Virus record (IMG/VR): IMGVR_UViG_3300013093_000017
Coordinates: 165,676 to 229,675 of that record
Reading direction: 5' to 3' (one strand)
DNA length: 64,000 bases
Part shown: positions 1-11,110 of the stretch, piece after piece
Position numbering within the stretch: the first letter of the stretch is position 1
How the letters are laid out: each line of letters starts with the position of its first letter
Notes under the pieces: generated by a model
The model's database searches: none
Seen by the model: only the letters and a program-made list of their open reading frames with translations
Told to the model about the DNA's origin: nothing
Made by a program: the position numbers and the translations under genes

Positions 1-1
1 A

Positions 2-3000
2 TTTATATTGGTCTGATGTTATTGGATTACCATTTAATGTTACATATAGACTTCCAATATCTGCCAATGGTACTCCTACTGGGACTGTAATTGAAGATTT
101 AGTTGATGTAGCATAATCGTAAGACGAGTACGCTGCACCTCCAATTCCTACGTTAGTCACAGCAACTACTCCTGTTGAAGTTTGTGTAGATATTGTAATA
201 GTATTATTATTGAAGTCAATAGTATAATCGGTACCGTAGTTTAATATACCGCGATTATATGATACCATTAATGATGATGTATTTGCTGGTAACATAGACA
301 ACGAAACAGTAGTAGAAGTTGTTGTTGTGCTTACTAAGAATGTATTCTGTGAGATCATAGGTGATCCACTCGGCACTCGGGTGTAAACACTAATACCAAC
401 ACTTTCAACTACTTCGCCTGGTACTAATTCTTCAGGACCGTGGCTTACATTTGGCGATAAGAATTGATCTCCATCAACAATTAGATCTTCTGGATTTAAA
501 CCAGTTGCCATTGTATAGGCTAGATCACCACCGTCGATAATAGTATCAAGTGATGCTTCACCATTGCCACCATCGTCCCATGCTGCTTCAGTAAATGGTA
601 ACATGTCCCAGTTTGAAGTGTAGGCAAATGGCAATGTTTGAATTTGTGTACCTGGATAATCTACTCCTGTCATTACTTGAGCAGGATCTGCTCCTGGCAT
701 ACCATCCGTCGGTGCATAGTAATCTTGAATACGATCAGCAGCATGGTATAAATTAATATTTTTGTTGTAGGTAATATCTAATATCTGTCCTTTATTAGGA
801 ACAGATGTTAGTACCAATGTAGAATATAATTTATGATATCCGTTAGATACTTGTGTATAAGTTACTATATCATAATCTAAAGCAAAAATCTTAATACCAT
901 CTAATGTGATTTCAATTTCTGATTTTTTGTTTTCAGCTGCCCAAGATAGAGGGAATTGATAAGTGCTGCCATCACAGAAGAACTGATCTGCGGCCTGCTT
1001 ATTACCAATCTCTCTAAGACCAGTAACACGGTCAAATCGTATATCAATTTTATTAGTACGCACTTTTCCGTTGGCTAATTGAGCATAGGCACGAGCTTGT
1101 ACAACACCAGTCGACCCGCCGCCAGTTAATACCACAGTAGGGGTTTGTGTATATCCACTGCCGGGATTGGTTACCTCAATTTCAATTACCTTGCCTAATG
1201 ATATATAAGCAATTGCAGTAGCAGGGTCTGTGATTGTATCTCCTGCTGCTGGAATAATCTGTACATTAGGTACTGATGTATATGTTCCGCCACCGTCGGC
1301 TACAATGATGCTACCAACTGTGTACTTGTAGTTATCGGCCCATCCCTTACGTGGATATACATTAAGAGAAGCATCACCTAATTCAATAGGAACAAATGTA
1401 TCTGTAATATTATCGTATATTGCAGGTAGGTCGAAGTCAGTTGTATAACTTTGTGTTGGTTCTACAACATCATATACTACTTGGAAGTTACGTATTTTAG
1501 TATGGTAAGGTTTAACTTCATTTAGATAATCTTCATAGTATTCACTATTTTGGAATTTAAATACCGAACGTTGATCCAGCGGACCTGCTAGATTACTTAC
1601 ATTTATAAACGCAGTTTTGAATGCCCAGTCTAAGAATATTTGTTCGCTCATAGCATAGCGTACTGCTTTAAAGAAGAATTTATTCCAATAGACTTTTAAT
1701 GGTCCAACGAAGATATCTTCTTTGATTGCCAGTAATACGTTTTCTAATTCTGATTCTGCACTTTGGTCATATAATGTTTGATCAAATGTATATAGGTAGT
1801 CAAAGTTGTATGTTGAATCTGTAGTATTCCATAAAGATTCTTTAAATTGTATTGTACCTTTTTCGCTGTAGACTAAATCATAAGCATCATCAAATGTTCC
1901 ATTTGAATCAACCTTGGCTAGAATAATATATCTACCATTGCCCTGATTATTAACTTTAACATAATCACCAGTAGATGGAGATATTGTAGCTAATAGGTAA
2001 GGTTGGTCAACAGTTGTTACCAAAGGTTTCAATGGATCAAACGAGGTAGCTTGCCAGTCAACATAATCCCAAAATAATGTAGTATCGTAATCTTGGGTAT
2101 GTGATCTATTCCATTGGTTATTATACCATTGATATTCTGCCCATCTATTTCCGCTGGTCGCATCAACTGTTACTATTACAGTATACGGTCTTACCACCAG
2201 TATTGGTGTTTCTGTGTAGCCGTATCCAGAATTAACTATTGTAGTGCTAACTACTCTACCTACAGAATCAATCTCAGTAGAAATAACAATACCGCTGGTG
2301 TCATTCAACACAGCGATAGTTGGCGCAATTAGGTATCCATATCCAGGATCTTCTATGCTTACACCTGTTACTCTACCATCAGTAATTTGACAAGATACTG
2401 CTGCTTGTTTAAAGTAGATAGTTGTAATTTCGTACAATGCCTGTTCATTATCAACTTGTTGATCATATAATCCAGTTTCTACATCAGGTATAGGATCTTT
2501 AGAATTTAGATTTGTAAAGTTAATAACATCAGTTACAATATTTTGAGATAATACTGTGTTGGTGTAATCAATTGCGTTACGTAGCGCACCAATTCTATCT
2601 TTAAATAATCCTTGGCGAGGACGAATGCTTACACCATATTTGATGCGATCTGATAAACTAGGATCAGGTACAGGATTGCCAAGACTATCACGCCCTAATA
2701 AACTATCCATTAATTTCTTTTCAAGCAATGCGTTAGGCATACTGTTAACATCGCCGTCTGCTAATAACATCCATTCGGTGTGTTGATTAATATCATTATC
2801 GATATCATCTTCGGCTATGTTAAGATAGATATTATTTTGTGATAATGTTGAAGTAACATTAGTAACCGCAATACTATCAGCAGCTAATACAGAAATGTAT
2901 TTCATTCCGTATGCTGAAGGATTGTAAATTAAATTAGCAACATCATTTGCCGAAATCTTACGGAAATCTGCTGCAGGAATTGTTACTTTATTTTTTACCC

Positions 3001-6000
3001 AATAGAAGTAAACATTAGTAGTACCACCTGTTGTGGCATTATAATATTGTTTAACGCTGATTACTGAATTGTCTGCGTATTTAGGTTGACCGCTAATTCC
3101 TTTAGCAAGGCCGTCTACAGTATCAGCTAGTGAGCTCCACTGACTCGGTAAGTACTCGCTGCTTACCCATTCGTAAACATCAATACTTGCTCCTGGGAAT
3201 AAAGTACCCCAAGAGTTTTTTCTATATTCAAGATCACTTTGCTCGTACCAGGTGTATTTTACAGTGCTTAGATCCCACCATAGTTCTCCTAGGTGATCTT
3301 CAATCCAGCTGGTATTTGTATCTACTACTACCCCTTGAACCCCAATACTGTATACCGCAGGGTCAAAGGCTGTTTTGTATCGTACTTCTTGATCAGCAAT
3401 ACCTACAATACGACCTTTTGCTGGATCAACTATATCTAGATAATCAAGAACCTGCTGACTTAATGTGTCAATAGTGATAGCACGTTTAACTTTAGATAGA
3501 TCAACAAGGTCATCTTGTGATCTATAAACATTCCAACTGTTAATAGTTACGTCTTTTTTAGCAAATACATACGCACTACCGATTGTGCTATTTGAAACAA
3601 ATTTGCCAGGAGTTCCTACTAATACTGTGCCGTTGTTAACTGCAACACTATTACCGTATTGACTGTTGGCCACAGGGGAGCCTGTTGCAGGATCTATGTT
3701 AAGAACATTGTCATCAAATAATTCTTCAGCATAGATAAATTTATCATTGTATCTATTGAATACATAGACAGCACCTGATCCTTTAGCGGTATCACCAAAA
3801 TGGCAAGTTCCATTATCTAAAGTAGTTGCACCTTTATCAAATGTTATATCAATAAATTTATTATCACCGTGACCAGTTACCGTTAATAATTGTCCTAGAT
3901 CATCGATTGCCAATGCTTGACCAAAATTAAGATTAACATCAGTAGATGGATTATCTAATGTTTGATTTAATACATATTGTGTAGCAGTATTTTGTTTATA
4001 GATGAAAACCTTGCCTACATTAGTTTTGCCATCATTAACACTAGTAGATGCCACAAATAGGTAAGTGCCATCATCTGACATTAATACTGTCGATCCAAAT
4101 CTGTCACCAGTTTTACACACGCTAGGTGCTGATATAAATTGTGCTTGTACAAGATTAGTAGTTCCGCTGGTAGCAGTTGAGTAAACATAAACACCGCCGA
4201 TATTACCGTTTGTTCCTGGAGCAGAAATTGCTACCATTGTACCGTCTGCGCTACCGCAAATTGAAGCACCTACTCTATCACCTTGTGTATTTGATGGAGT
4301 TATTGTAATTGGGGAAGATTGTACTATCGTTGTATCAGTTGACACAATCGACACATTATAAGCATATATCGCACCAGTTGAGGTATTTTGACCAGGTGCG
4401 CCAACTACTAATAATTTATTAGTTGAAGTAGTTTTGCTTACATATAATCCGGCACCGTATTCGCCAGGGTGAACGTTTGGATTTGTTATCACTGCACCAG
4501 TGCGGTGGATTTCACTTTTTGTAGTTCTGTTAATTCCAGAAATCTTTATTAAATCAACAGCAGGGGCGCCGGCAAATATAGAATCTGTTTCGATGTCATA
4601 TATTAATGTTGCGCCAAAGTTTGTTGCTACAGATTTGCTGACTGTATTATTAACGATAGTATCATCAATACCATAATTTGTAATAGGAGTTAATATGTTA
4701 TCTGAATATCCGTACACAAATATGCGACCATATCCGTACGATGCACCGTAATATCCTGTCGGAGCAGAAATTGCCACAATATTTGCAGTGTCTTGAGTAG
4801 CAACACGAGATCCAAATCCTTGACCAGTTATTGATAGACTAGGAAGTGTTTCGGTAGATGTGCTATAATTGCTAGCTTTTTCATATACTGCCCATTTGCC
4901 AGAATTATCACTGTCAACCCAAACTAAATCACCGTTGTTAAATGATATTGTTTTTTCTAGTTCAGCAATATTATCAAATTGTGCAGCACGCACGCTAACA
5001 AATTTAAACATCAATGCCTGCACAGTTGAAGGATTCACTGAGGCTAATGTAGTTGATATTGTAAATGTTGTCAATGACGGAATAGTTTTAATTACATAAA
5101 CTCCGTCTGACCCGTTGTCTAATCCGTGAATAGATACCACATCACCCACTGATAAATTATGGAATATATCAGTTGTAAATGTTAATTCTGACGATGGAAT
5201 TGTTACAGCAGAATCGACTACTTTTGGTTTTTGAATAGTATAGCGATACACATCCCATTCACCGTCATTGCGGAATCCTAACCAAATTGTATTGCCATCT
5301 TGGATGTTTCCATTGTTAGCAATATCAAGTAAACTGTTTGTATTATAAGCAGTAGCAGTTACATCATCAGTACGAACATATCCTGCCACAGGCATTATAA
5401 TGTTGTTGTCGGCATAGGTAGATGGTGTTGTAGAAAACGCAGTGTCCGAAGTGTATGTATCACTTTCCATGGTTAAATCAGTAGGAACAATATATGATAT
5501 TACATCATTTGGTAATACTGGCGCTGTATCCACAAATTTAATAATCTGTGAATTTTCGCGGAAGTCTGCTTCACGTAGAGGAAACTCTAATTCATTATAA
5601 GAAACAAAATTACCATAATTACCAACACGGAATGCCCACTCTTCTTTATATTCAATTTGCCCTTGTAGGTTATGAATACTTGCTTTAGCTAATTTAGTAA
5701 TAGCATTTTGTGTGCCTTTTTCTCGAATAAATCCTTGATAGAATTTATATTGTGCAATCGGATTAACAAAGATATTATCTAGATAAGTACGTGGTGTATA
5801 GCCAATCAAATGTTGTGCCATACGTTGCTGAGCAACATCAAAGTTATCAATATCTAAACTATAGAAATCTTCAAACTGATTAATTTTATAATCAAAGTTT
5901 GGTAGTAATTGTGCTACTGGTTTAGATCCTAGTAAATTCCAGCTGTTGAAATCAAAAGATGGTGCACCAGCAATATTAACATTAGCTGAATAGTAATTAC

Positions 6001-9000
6001 CTACATACTTAACAATATCAGCAACTTGATAGTCAGTATACTGTGCCCAATCTGAAATCTGTGCATCATCGTAAACAAAGCCCGGACTTAGGAATTCTCC
6101 GTTCCAATCAGCAGTTCTAAATCCTGTCAATTTAATACGACTTTGACGGTATCCTGTTTCAATGTCATATATAATATCATTAAACATACTTTTATTATTC
6201 ATTACAATTGCATGTTCTTTTTGTACAAGATTTAATCTAGCAAAGAATATTCCATCTGTTGTATTCTTAGTCTTAATAGTACATATACCACCTTCGCGGC
6301 TTAATGAAAAATTAGCTGCTGGAAATACCTGTCCAGTGGCTTTGATTAAACTATATTCATAGAAACTGTTAAGAACATTGTCAACTACAGCATCTGTAAA
6401 TTGATACTTAATAACATCTGCAAAAGGACTTAAAGTGATTACTGAACCGTCTGCCCAGTTTTGTGTAGACCAATATAGAAATTCTTTTCCAGTGAAATTC
6501 CAATCAATGACTTGATTTAGATCAGCATTGTATTCATCAAATATAAATCCCTGTGACATTAGCCACTGACCATATCCCATTATTAAATCATATACCTGTT
6601 GAATAGTACTATATTGTGTGCCGTATGGTACTATTGTTTCTGCCGGATCGTACTGTTTAGTAACTAGAACCGATGCTCCGCCTACTGTAGACAGTTGTTT
6701 AATTGCGGCATAATATGTTGAAGTAAATGTTGCTCCAGAATTATGACTGCTGATTACTCTATAATAAACATTGCTATAGAATACAACCTGTCCTGCTTGA
6801 TAGAATGAATTAGCAGTCCAAACTAAGAATGTTTCTGATTTGCCACCAACTGTGATCGCACTACCATTTGCCTGATGCAAAGGTTGATTAATAGTAAAAT
6901 ACGGATAGCGTTTATCATATCCCTTAACTGCAAAATAACCGTTCTTTTTCTCTACAATAATTCCAGATATTGCAGCAGATTTAACAGGGGTACTTACATT
7001 GAAATGCAAGGTGTAATCTTCGTTAGGTAGTAATACTCCAGGATTTGCTGTGTTAGGACTGATAGAATCAATTGTGATTTCTAATTTATCTTTACTTAAG
7101 AATCCGCCTGCTTTGTAAAATAAATTAAGATTAACTGATGCTAGATCATTCTTAAGAGTGGTTAGATAATTTGAATTACGTTGACGACCATTTTCAATTA
7201 GCCAAACACTGTATCCCGATGCTAGAATAATATTACCGTTAGAATCTGTATCAGTGTATAACAACATTTCTGATGGGTTTAAGAATGTTTCATTTGCACC
7301 GTAGTTATATTGTCCGGTAATATCCAATTCCATTCTGCTGGTATCAAACATCATTGCGGCATAGTCAGCTGGCTTGGTTAATGCCATGATAATCTGCATG
7401 GCAAATGGCCAAGCACTAGAACGTCTCCATGCTGTTTCAGCAGGACCGTGATCGCCAAATGCCCAGTCTTGTTCAGTATTCATTATAGAATCATTTAGAG
7501 CAATACCTGCCCAGTTACGTATATCAATAATATTTCCGCTATCATCAACTGGAATGGCCTGACTCAATCCAGGACGAGCATAGGTTGGATCTACAACGAT
7601 TCCAGATGGAAAACGTTTAATACCTGCTTCAAGATCTTGCCATAGGTTTAAGTTACCAGCAGTATACGGTGCGGCACCATATTCTGCATCCCACCATGTT
7701 GGTTTAATTGTAAACCCAAGCATTTCCCAAGGGCAGGTGTCTGGACGATCTGTATCAAAATACAATTTGTAAATTGCACGCCAGTTACCAGGTAATGCAT
7801 TACCTAATACCAGATCACTGACAGATTTGTAATTGTATGTCTTATGATTGTTTACATCATACGTACTATTTGTAGCAAAGTCTATTCCGTAGATACTTGC
7901 CCACTTCAAGAAATCGCCCTGTACAAGATTATAAATTTCAGCATAGTTATATTCCGAATTTCTAAATACGTTTGGCAATAGATCGTGAATATCTAAAAGA
8001 TTTGAATCGTAAGTTACCTTTAAATTATTGTAGATTCTTGTTTCATATTCTAATAATGCTAGATCGCGATAATCATCTGCTTCGTTGTAAGCAGAAAATG
8101 CCACTGTTAAACTTCCATCGTGGCCTTGGATAACTTTTTGCGGACCATTGGCATAGGTGTTATCAATATAAATTTGTGGTTCATATTTTGGGAATAGACC
8201 TAATTTAGTCGGTGTAGGCGGAATGTATGATCCTACTGTAGATACATAATCTTTAATTGTGATTACATCACCTTTGTTTAATGCTGTGATGATATTCACT
8301 CCAGATTCGTATGCTGGAAAATTATAATCTTTACCATATACTAATTGTTTGGTTACACCGTTAGAAGTAAGATATACTAATACAGATCGATCACTCAGTG
8401 CAGTCGCTGAAAACGCAGAAGTAATCGAATAATGTGTGTTGCGAGAATCAGTTACTGTATAAGTGCTGGTAATATTATTATTGCCGTAGCCTAACATATC
8501 GCTATGAGCATAAGGGAATGACGAATTCTTATTTGAATTCATTTCAGTTAACGCTTGATCTAACACTTGAACTGGCATTGTATTGCCAGGTGCTTTGGTA
8601 ATAAAATTAATTAGATTTAATCTAAATTGATAGTAATCGTCAGATGCTTTTCTTGTAGCATTAATTAAATTATGTTCAGCATCGGTTATAAAGCATTGAG
8701 CAAATGTTAGTGGATTTTGATTACTAATTAATCTAGATCCATATTTTGTAATATTAGGTAAACTCTTTAGATTGCTACCATTATATTCCGGATCAGCATC
8801 AGTCATTGATGTAACGTGATCTGTTAATTCTGTAAGTGTGAAACTTGATATAAATCCGTTCAAAGGATTATTGGTTAAATTAATTGGTGTTTCATACACC
8901 CCAGTGCTATTAGGACTAGATGCAGAATAACATTTAAACAATACACGCACTGGTGTAGAGGTTCCATCTAATGCAGTGGTAAATGTTACGAATAATTTCT

Positions 9001-11095
9001 TACCACTAGTAGTAAGTGTATAATCGGTTCCTGCTTGTTGTTTGGTATTATTAACAAATACAGATACCGCTAGATCAGATATACTAGTTGGATTATCAAA
9101 TACAGTAACTTCAATACTAGATTGTACGGTGGTAATAACTTGGAACTGTTCCACAGGGATAAGATATTCTGCACCAGCAGTCCACGCATTTTCATAAACA
9201 GGTGTGCTATTGTTAATGCGAATGTATGTTTCTACAGTAGGAATAGTAGTGGTAGTTCCTACTAGTGTAATTGTGTCATTATTTAGATAATTGTCAAATA
9301 AGTAGGTACCAACTGTACTAATACTTTCGGATGTGTATTGTAATGGAAAGCCTAGAATAGAATCCGCTGTGCCTGAGCCTACCGCATATCCAAATATTTG
9401 ATTACCATAAAAGTCAGAATTGTAATATGTTGGATCGCTATAACTATGGCCGTTTTCATCAAACAGATCAAATAACGGTGCTTGATTTATTGCAGTACGT
9501 TGTTGACCTTTAATCCAGATAGTGCCATTGTAATACCAAGATGTTCCTTCATTTACTGTGCCTGATTTAACAACAACCGCATCACTCTTAGAAGGAGATA
9601 ATATCTCAGTTAATCTTGTTTTTTGTTTTCCATTAAATGTTGCAATGTTAACTTGGAAAATCTTTCCCTGCACCATTGGATCAGGATCAGCATTGAAAAT
9701 AACCTTGTTGCCATCTTCTAATAATACACCATCGATATAATATCCGTATGTACCTTCTATGATAGAAAATGCATCAGTGGTTACTTCGTCAATGAAATCA
9801 ACTGTATCAATAGCTGTTGAACCAAAATTCCAAAGCTGGATATCTGGTTTGAATTCAATAATAGGACGGGCACCGCGTTTATCTGCAGGATAGTTTGCGG
9901 TAGTCCCATTAGCTGCTGCTGAGGCTGTTATTACATCAGTATGTACCCAACGATTATATCTTGACCAAGGATTTAAGTCTTTGCTTGCTTTGTTGATTGT
10001 GATATAATCAGGTGTCTCTGGAATATTCTTAAAGTTGTCAAACGGAAAATCATCAAAAGGTGTTCCGTCAAAATTTGTATCATAGGTTGTATTAAGATTT
10101 AACGGAGTTGTTAATTTAGTAAAATCAACTAGACGAATTCCCGAGCCAATGCCTTCTACAATATATTCGTTATTAGCATAAGTTGACGGAGTTACATTGC
10201 CAACAAATTTCACTTTCATCCCATTGATAAATTCAACACCGTTTCCTGATTTGTATTGTAATTTTCCAATAATATCAGCATCAACATCAAGTGAAGAATT
10301 TTCTACGATAGATTTCACTAGAATACGTCCGCTGGCCAATTGATTGTCGCCGGCTGCATAGAACAACACGCTAGGTGTTTGTTCATCTATAGTGATAATA
10401 ATCTGTCCTTTGCTGGTGCCGTTGCCTGTTACACCGTGAGTATATTGTGATCCTGCCCCATCAGTAGGCTCTGTCTTAATATATAATTTATGGTTAGAAT
10501 TAATATTAAACACATAGGTGATACCTCTATAGAATGTTAACATAGGATCAGGTGTTAGTCCGTCCGGAGTAAACACAAAGAAATTATCATCTGCTGAATC
10601 AGTTATAGTGTATGTGCTAACTGCATTTTTTTGTAGACCGGCAATAGAAATTGCGTCAGGCCCGTTTGGTAACCAATAGTAGTCACGGAAGTTAATAAAT
10701 TTATCCCAATCAATATGTGGGTCATATGAATTAAATTTAGGACGGAACAATCTATCAAGATTATCCACATTACCACCATAGTAACTTATCTGATTAACTA
10801 AGTCGTCAAATCCGTAGGCTGCTTTAATACTTTGATCAATATTCTTTAATATTACCGCAGGCTCTAGTTGATAGTTTTCACGCACCGGTAATGATTCCGG
10901 AATATAAACATCAGTTGATGGATTATAATTAGGACTTAATTTACTGCCCACAAATCCATCTATTCGTTCCAGCGAAGGAACTTTAATTAGTTGGTCAAGT
11001 GTGCTTGATAAGAATTTATTATTCTTATCTGTTCTGAAAAAAGCAGGTAATAAATTTGCTGATTTTCTAATATTCTTTGATGTGTTGTTAGCCAT
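2..11095 (-). CDS. Giant baseplate wedge/virion structural protein (>3,690 aa, 3'-truncated by window edge), contains an FG-GAP-like beta-propeller
   Basis: ATG at 11095 (MANNTSKNIRKSANLLPAFFRTDKNNKFLSSTLDQL...) directly after the gp6 stop. The same frame is still open at base 2 (...LYVTLNGNPITSDQYK), and the track lists no minus-strand ORF in 1-11110, consistent with one unterminated ORF. Lies in the baseplate cluster downstream of gp6. Confidence 0.85.
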   Translation of the reverse strand, partial: MANNTSKNIRKSANLLPAFFRTDKNNKFLSSTLDQLIKVPSLERIDGFVGSKLSPNYNPSTDVYIPESLPVRENYQLEPAVILKNIDQSIKAAYGFDDLVNQISYYGGNVDNLDRLFRPKFNSYDPHIDWDKFINFRDYYWLPNGPDAISIAGLQKNAVSTYTITDSADDNFFVFTPDGLTPDPMLTFYRGITYVFNINSNHKLYIKTEPTDGAGSQYTHGVTGNGTSKGQIIITIDEQTPSVLFYAAGDNQLASGRILVKSIVENSSLDVDADIIGKLQYKSGNGVEFINGMKVKFVGNVTPSTYANNEYIVEGIGSGIRLVDFTKLTTPLNLNTTYDTNFDGTPFDDFPFDNFKNIPETPDYITINKASKDLNPWSRYNRWVHTDVITASAAANGTTANYPADKRGARPIIEFKPDIQLWNFGSTAIDTVDFIDEVTTDAFSIIEGTYGYYIDGVLLEDGNKVIFNADPDPMVQGKIFQVNIATFNGKQKTRLTEILSPSKSDAVVVKSGTVNEGTSWYYNGTIWIKGQQRTAINQAPLFDLFDENGHSYSDPTYYNSDFYGNQIFGYAVGSGTADSILGFPLQYTSESISTVGTYLFDNYLNNDTITLVGTTTTIPTVETYIRINNSTPVYENAWTAGAEYLIPVEQFQVITTVQSSIEVTVFDNPTSISDLAVSVFVNNTKQQAGTDYTLTTSGKKLFVTFTTALDGTSTPVRVLFKCYSASSPNSTGVYETPINLTNNPLNGFISSFTLTELTDHVTSMTDADPEYNGSNLKSLPNITKYGSRLISNQNPLTFAQCFITDAEHNLINATRKASDDYYQFRLNLINFITKAPGNTMPVQVLDQALTEMNSNKNSSFPYAHSDMLGYGNNNITSTYTVTDSRNTHYSITSAFSATALSDRSVLVYLTSNGVTKQLVYGKDYNFPAYESGVNIITALNKGDVITIKDYVSTVGSYIPPTPTKLGLFPKYEPQIYIDNTYANGPQKVIQGHDGSLTVAFSAYNEADDYRDLALLEYETRIYNNLKVTYDSNLLDIHDLLPNVFRNSEYNYAEIYNLVQGDFLKWASIYGIDFATNSTYDVNNHKTYNYKSVSDLVLGNALPGNWRAIYKLYFDTDRPDTCPWEMLGFTIKPTWWDAEYGAAPYTAGNLNLWQDLEAGIKRFPSGIVVDPTYARPGLSQAIPVDDSGNIIDIRNWAGIALNDSIMNTEQDWAFGDHGPAETAWRRSSAWPFAMQIIMALTKPADYAAMMFDTSRMELDITGQYNYGANETFLNPSEMLLYTDTDSNGNIILASGYSVWLIENGRQRNSNYLTTLKNDLASVNLNLFYKAGGFLSKDKLEITIDSISPNTANPGVLLPNEDYTLHFNVSTPVKSAAISGIIVEKKNGYFAVKGYDKRYPYFTINQPLHQANGSAITVGGKSETFLVWTANSFYQAGQVVFYSNVYYRVISSHNSGATFTSTYYAAIKQLSTVGGASVLVTKQYDPAETIVPYGTQYSTIQQVYDLIMGYGQWLMSQGFIFDEYNADLNQVIDWNFTGKEFLYWSTQNWADGSVITLSPFADVIKYQFTDAVVDNVLNSFYEYSLIKATGQVFPAANFSLSREGGICTIKTKNTTDGIFFARLNLVQKEHAIVMNNKSMFNDIIYDIETGYRQSRIKLTGFRTADWNGEFLSPGFVYDDAQISDWAQYTDYQVADIVKYVGNYYSANVNIAGAPSFDFNSWNLLGSKPVAQLLPNFDYKINQFEDFYSLDIDNFDVAQQRMAQHLIGYTPRTYLDNIFVNPIAQYKFYQGFIREKGTQNAITKLAKASIHNLQGQIEYKEEWAFRVGNYGNFVSYNELEFPLREADFRENSQIIKFVDTAPVLPNDVISYIVPTDLTMESDTYTSDTAFSTTPSTYADNNIIMPVAGYVRTDDVTATAYNTNSLLDIANNGNIQDGNTIWLGFRNDGEWDVYRYTIQKPKVVDSAVTIPSSELTFTTDIFHNLSVGDVVSIHGLDNGSDGVYVIKTIPSLTTFTISTTLASVNPSTVQALMFKFVSVRAAQFDNIAELEKTISFNNGDLVWVDSDNSGKWAVYEKASNYSTSTETLPSLSITGQGFGSRVATQDTANIVAISAPTGYYGASYGYGRIFVYGYSDNILTPITNYGIDDTIVNNTVSKSVATNFGATLIYDIETDSIFAGAPAVDLIKISGINRTTKSEIHRTGAVITNPNVHPGEYGAGLYVSKTTSTNKLLVVGAPGQNTSTGAIYAYNVSIVSTDTTIVQSSPITITPSNTQGDRVGASICGSADGTMVAISAPGTNGNIGGVYVYSTATSGTTNLVQAQFISAPSVCKTGDRFGSTVLMSDDGTYLFVASTSVNDGKTNVGKVFIYKQNTATQYVLNQTLDNPSTDVNLNFGQALAIDDLGQLLTVTGHGDNKFIDITFDKGATTLDNGTCHFGDTAKGSGAVYVFNRYNDKFIYAEELFDDNVLNIDPATGSPVANSQYGNSVAVNNGTVLVGTPGKFVSNSTIGSAYVFAKKDVTINSWNVYRSQDDLVDLSKVKRAITIDTLSQQVLDYLDIVDPAKGRIVGIADQEVRYKTAFDPAVYSIGVQGVVVDTNTSWIEDHLGELWWDLSTVKYTWYEQSDLEYRKNSWGTLFPGASIDVYEWVSSEYLPSQWSSLADTVDGLAKGISGQPKYADNSVISVKQYYNATTGGTTNVYFYWVKNKVTIPAADFRKISANDVANLIYNPSAYGMKYISVLAADSIAVTNVTSTLSQNNIYLNIAEDDIDNDINQHTEWMLLADGDVNSMPNALLEKKLMDSLLGRDSLGNPVPDPSLSDRIKYGVSIRPRQGLFKDRIGALRNAIDYTNTVLSQNIVTDVINFTNLNSKDPIPDVETGLYDQQVDNEQALYEITTIYFKQAAVSCQITDGRVTGVSIEDPGYGYLIAPTIAVLNDTSGIVISTEIDSVGRVVSTTIVNSGYGYTETPILVVRPYTVIVTVDATSGNRWAEYQWYNNQWNRSHTQDYDTTLFWDYVDWQATSFDPLKPLVTTVDQPYLLATISPSTGDYVKVNNQGNGRYIILAKVDSNGTFDDAYDLVYSEKGTIQFKESLWNTTDSTYNFDYLYTFDQTLYDQSAESELENVLLAIKEDIFVGPLKVYWNKFFFKAVRYAMSEQIFLDWAFKTAFINVSNLAGPLDQRSVFKFQNSEYYEDYLNEVKPYHTKIRNFQVVYDVVEPTQSYTTDFDLPAIYDNITDTFVPIELGDASLNVYPRKGWADNYKYTVGSIIVADGGGTYTSVPNVQIIPAAGDTITDPATAIAYISLGKVIEIEVTNPGSGYTQTPTVVLTGGGSTGVVQARAYAQLANGKVRTNKIDIRFDRVTGLREIGNKQAADQFFCDGSTYQFPLSWAAENKKSEIEITLDGIKIFALDYDIVTYTQVSNGYHKLYSTLVLTSVPNKGQILDITYNKNINLYHAADRIQDYYAPTDGMPGADPAQVMTGVDYPGTQIQTLPFAYTSNWDMLPFTEAAWDDGGNGEASLDTIIDGGDLAYTMATGLNPEDLIVDGDQFLSPNVSHGPEELVPGEVVESVGISVYTRVPSGSPMISQNTFLVSTTTTSTTVSLSMLPANTSSLMVSYNRGILNYGTDYTIDFNNNTITISTQTSTGVVAVTNVGIGGAAYSSYDYATSTKSSITVPVGVPLADIGSLYVTLNGNPITSDQYK

Positions 11096-11110
11096 TATTA
11101 CTAATTATCC

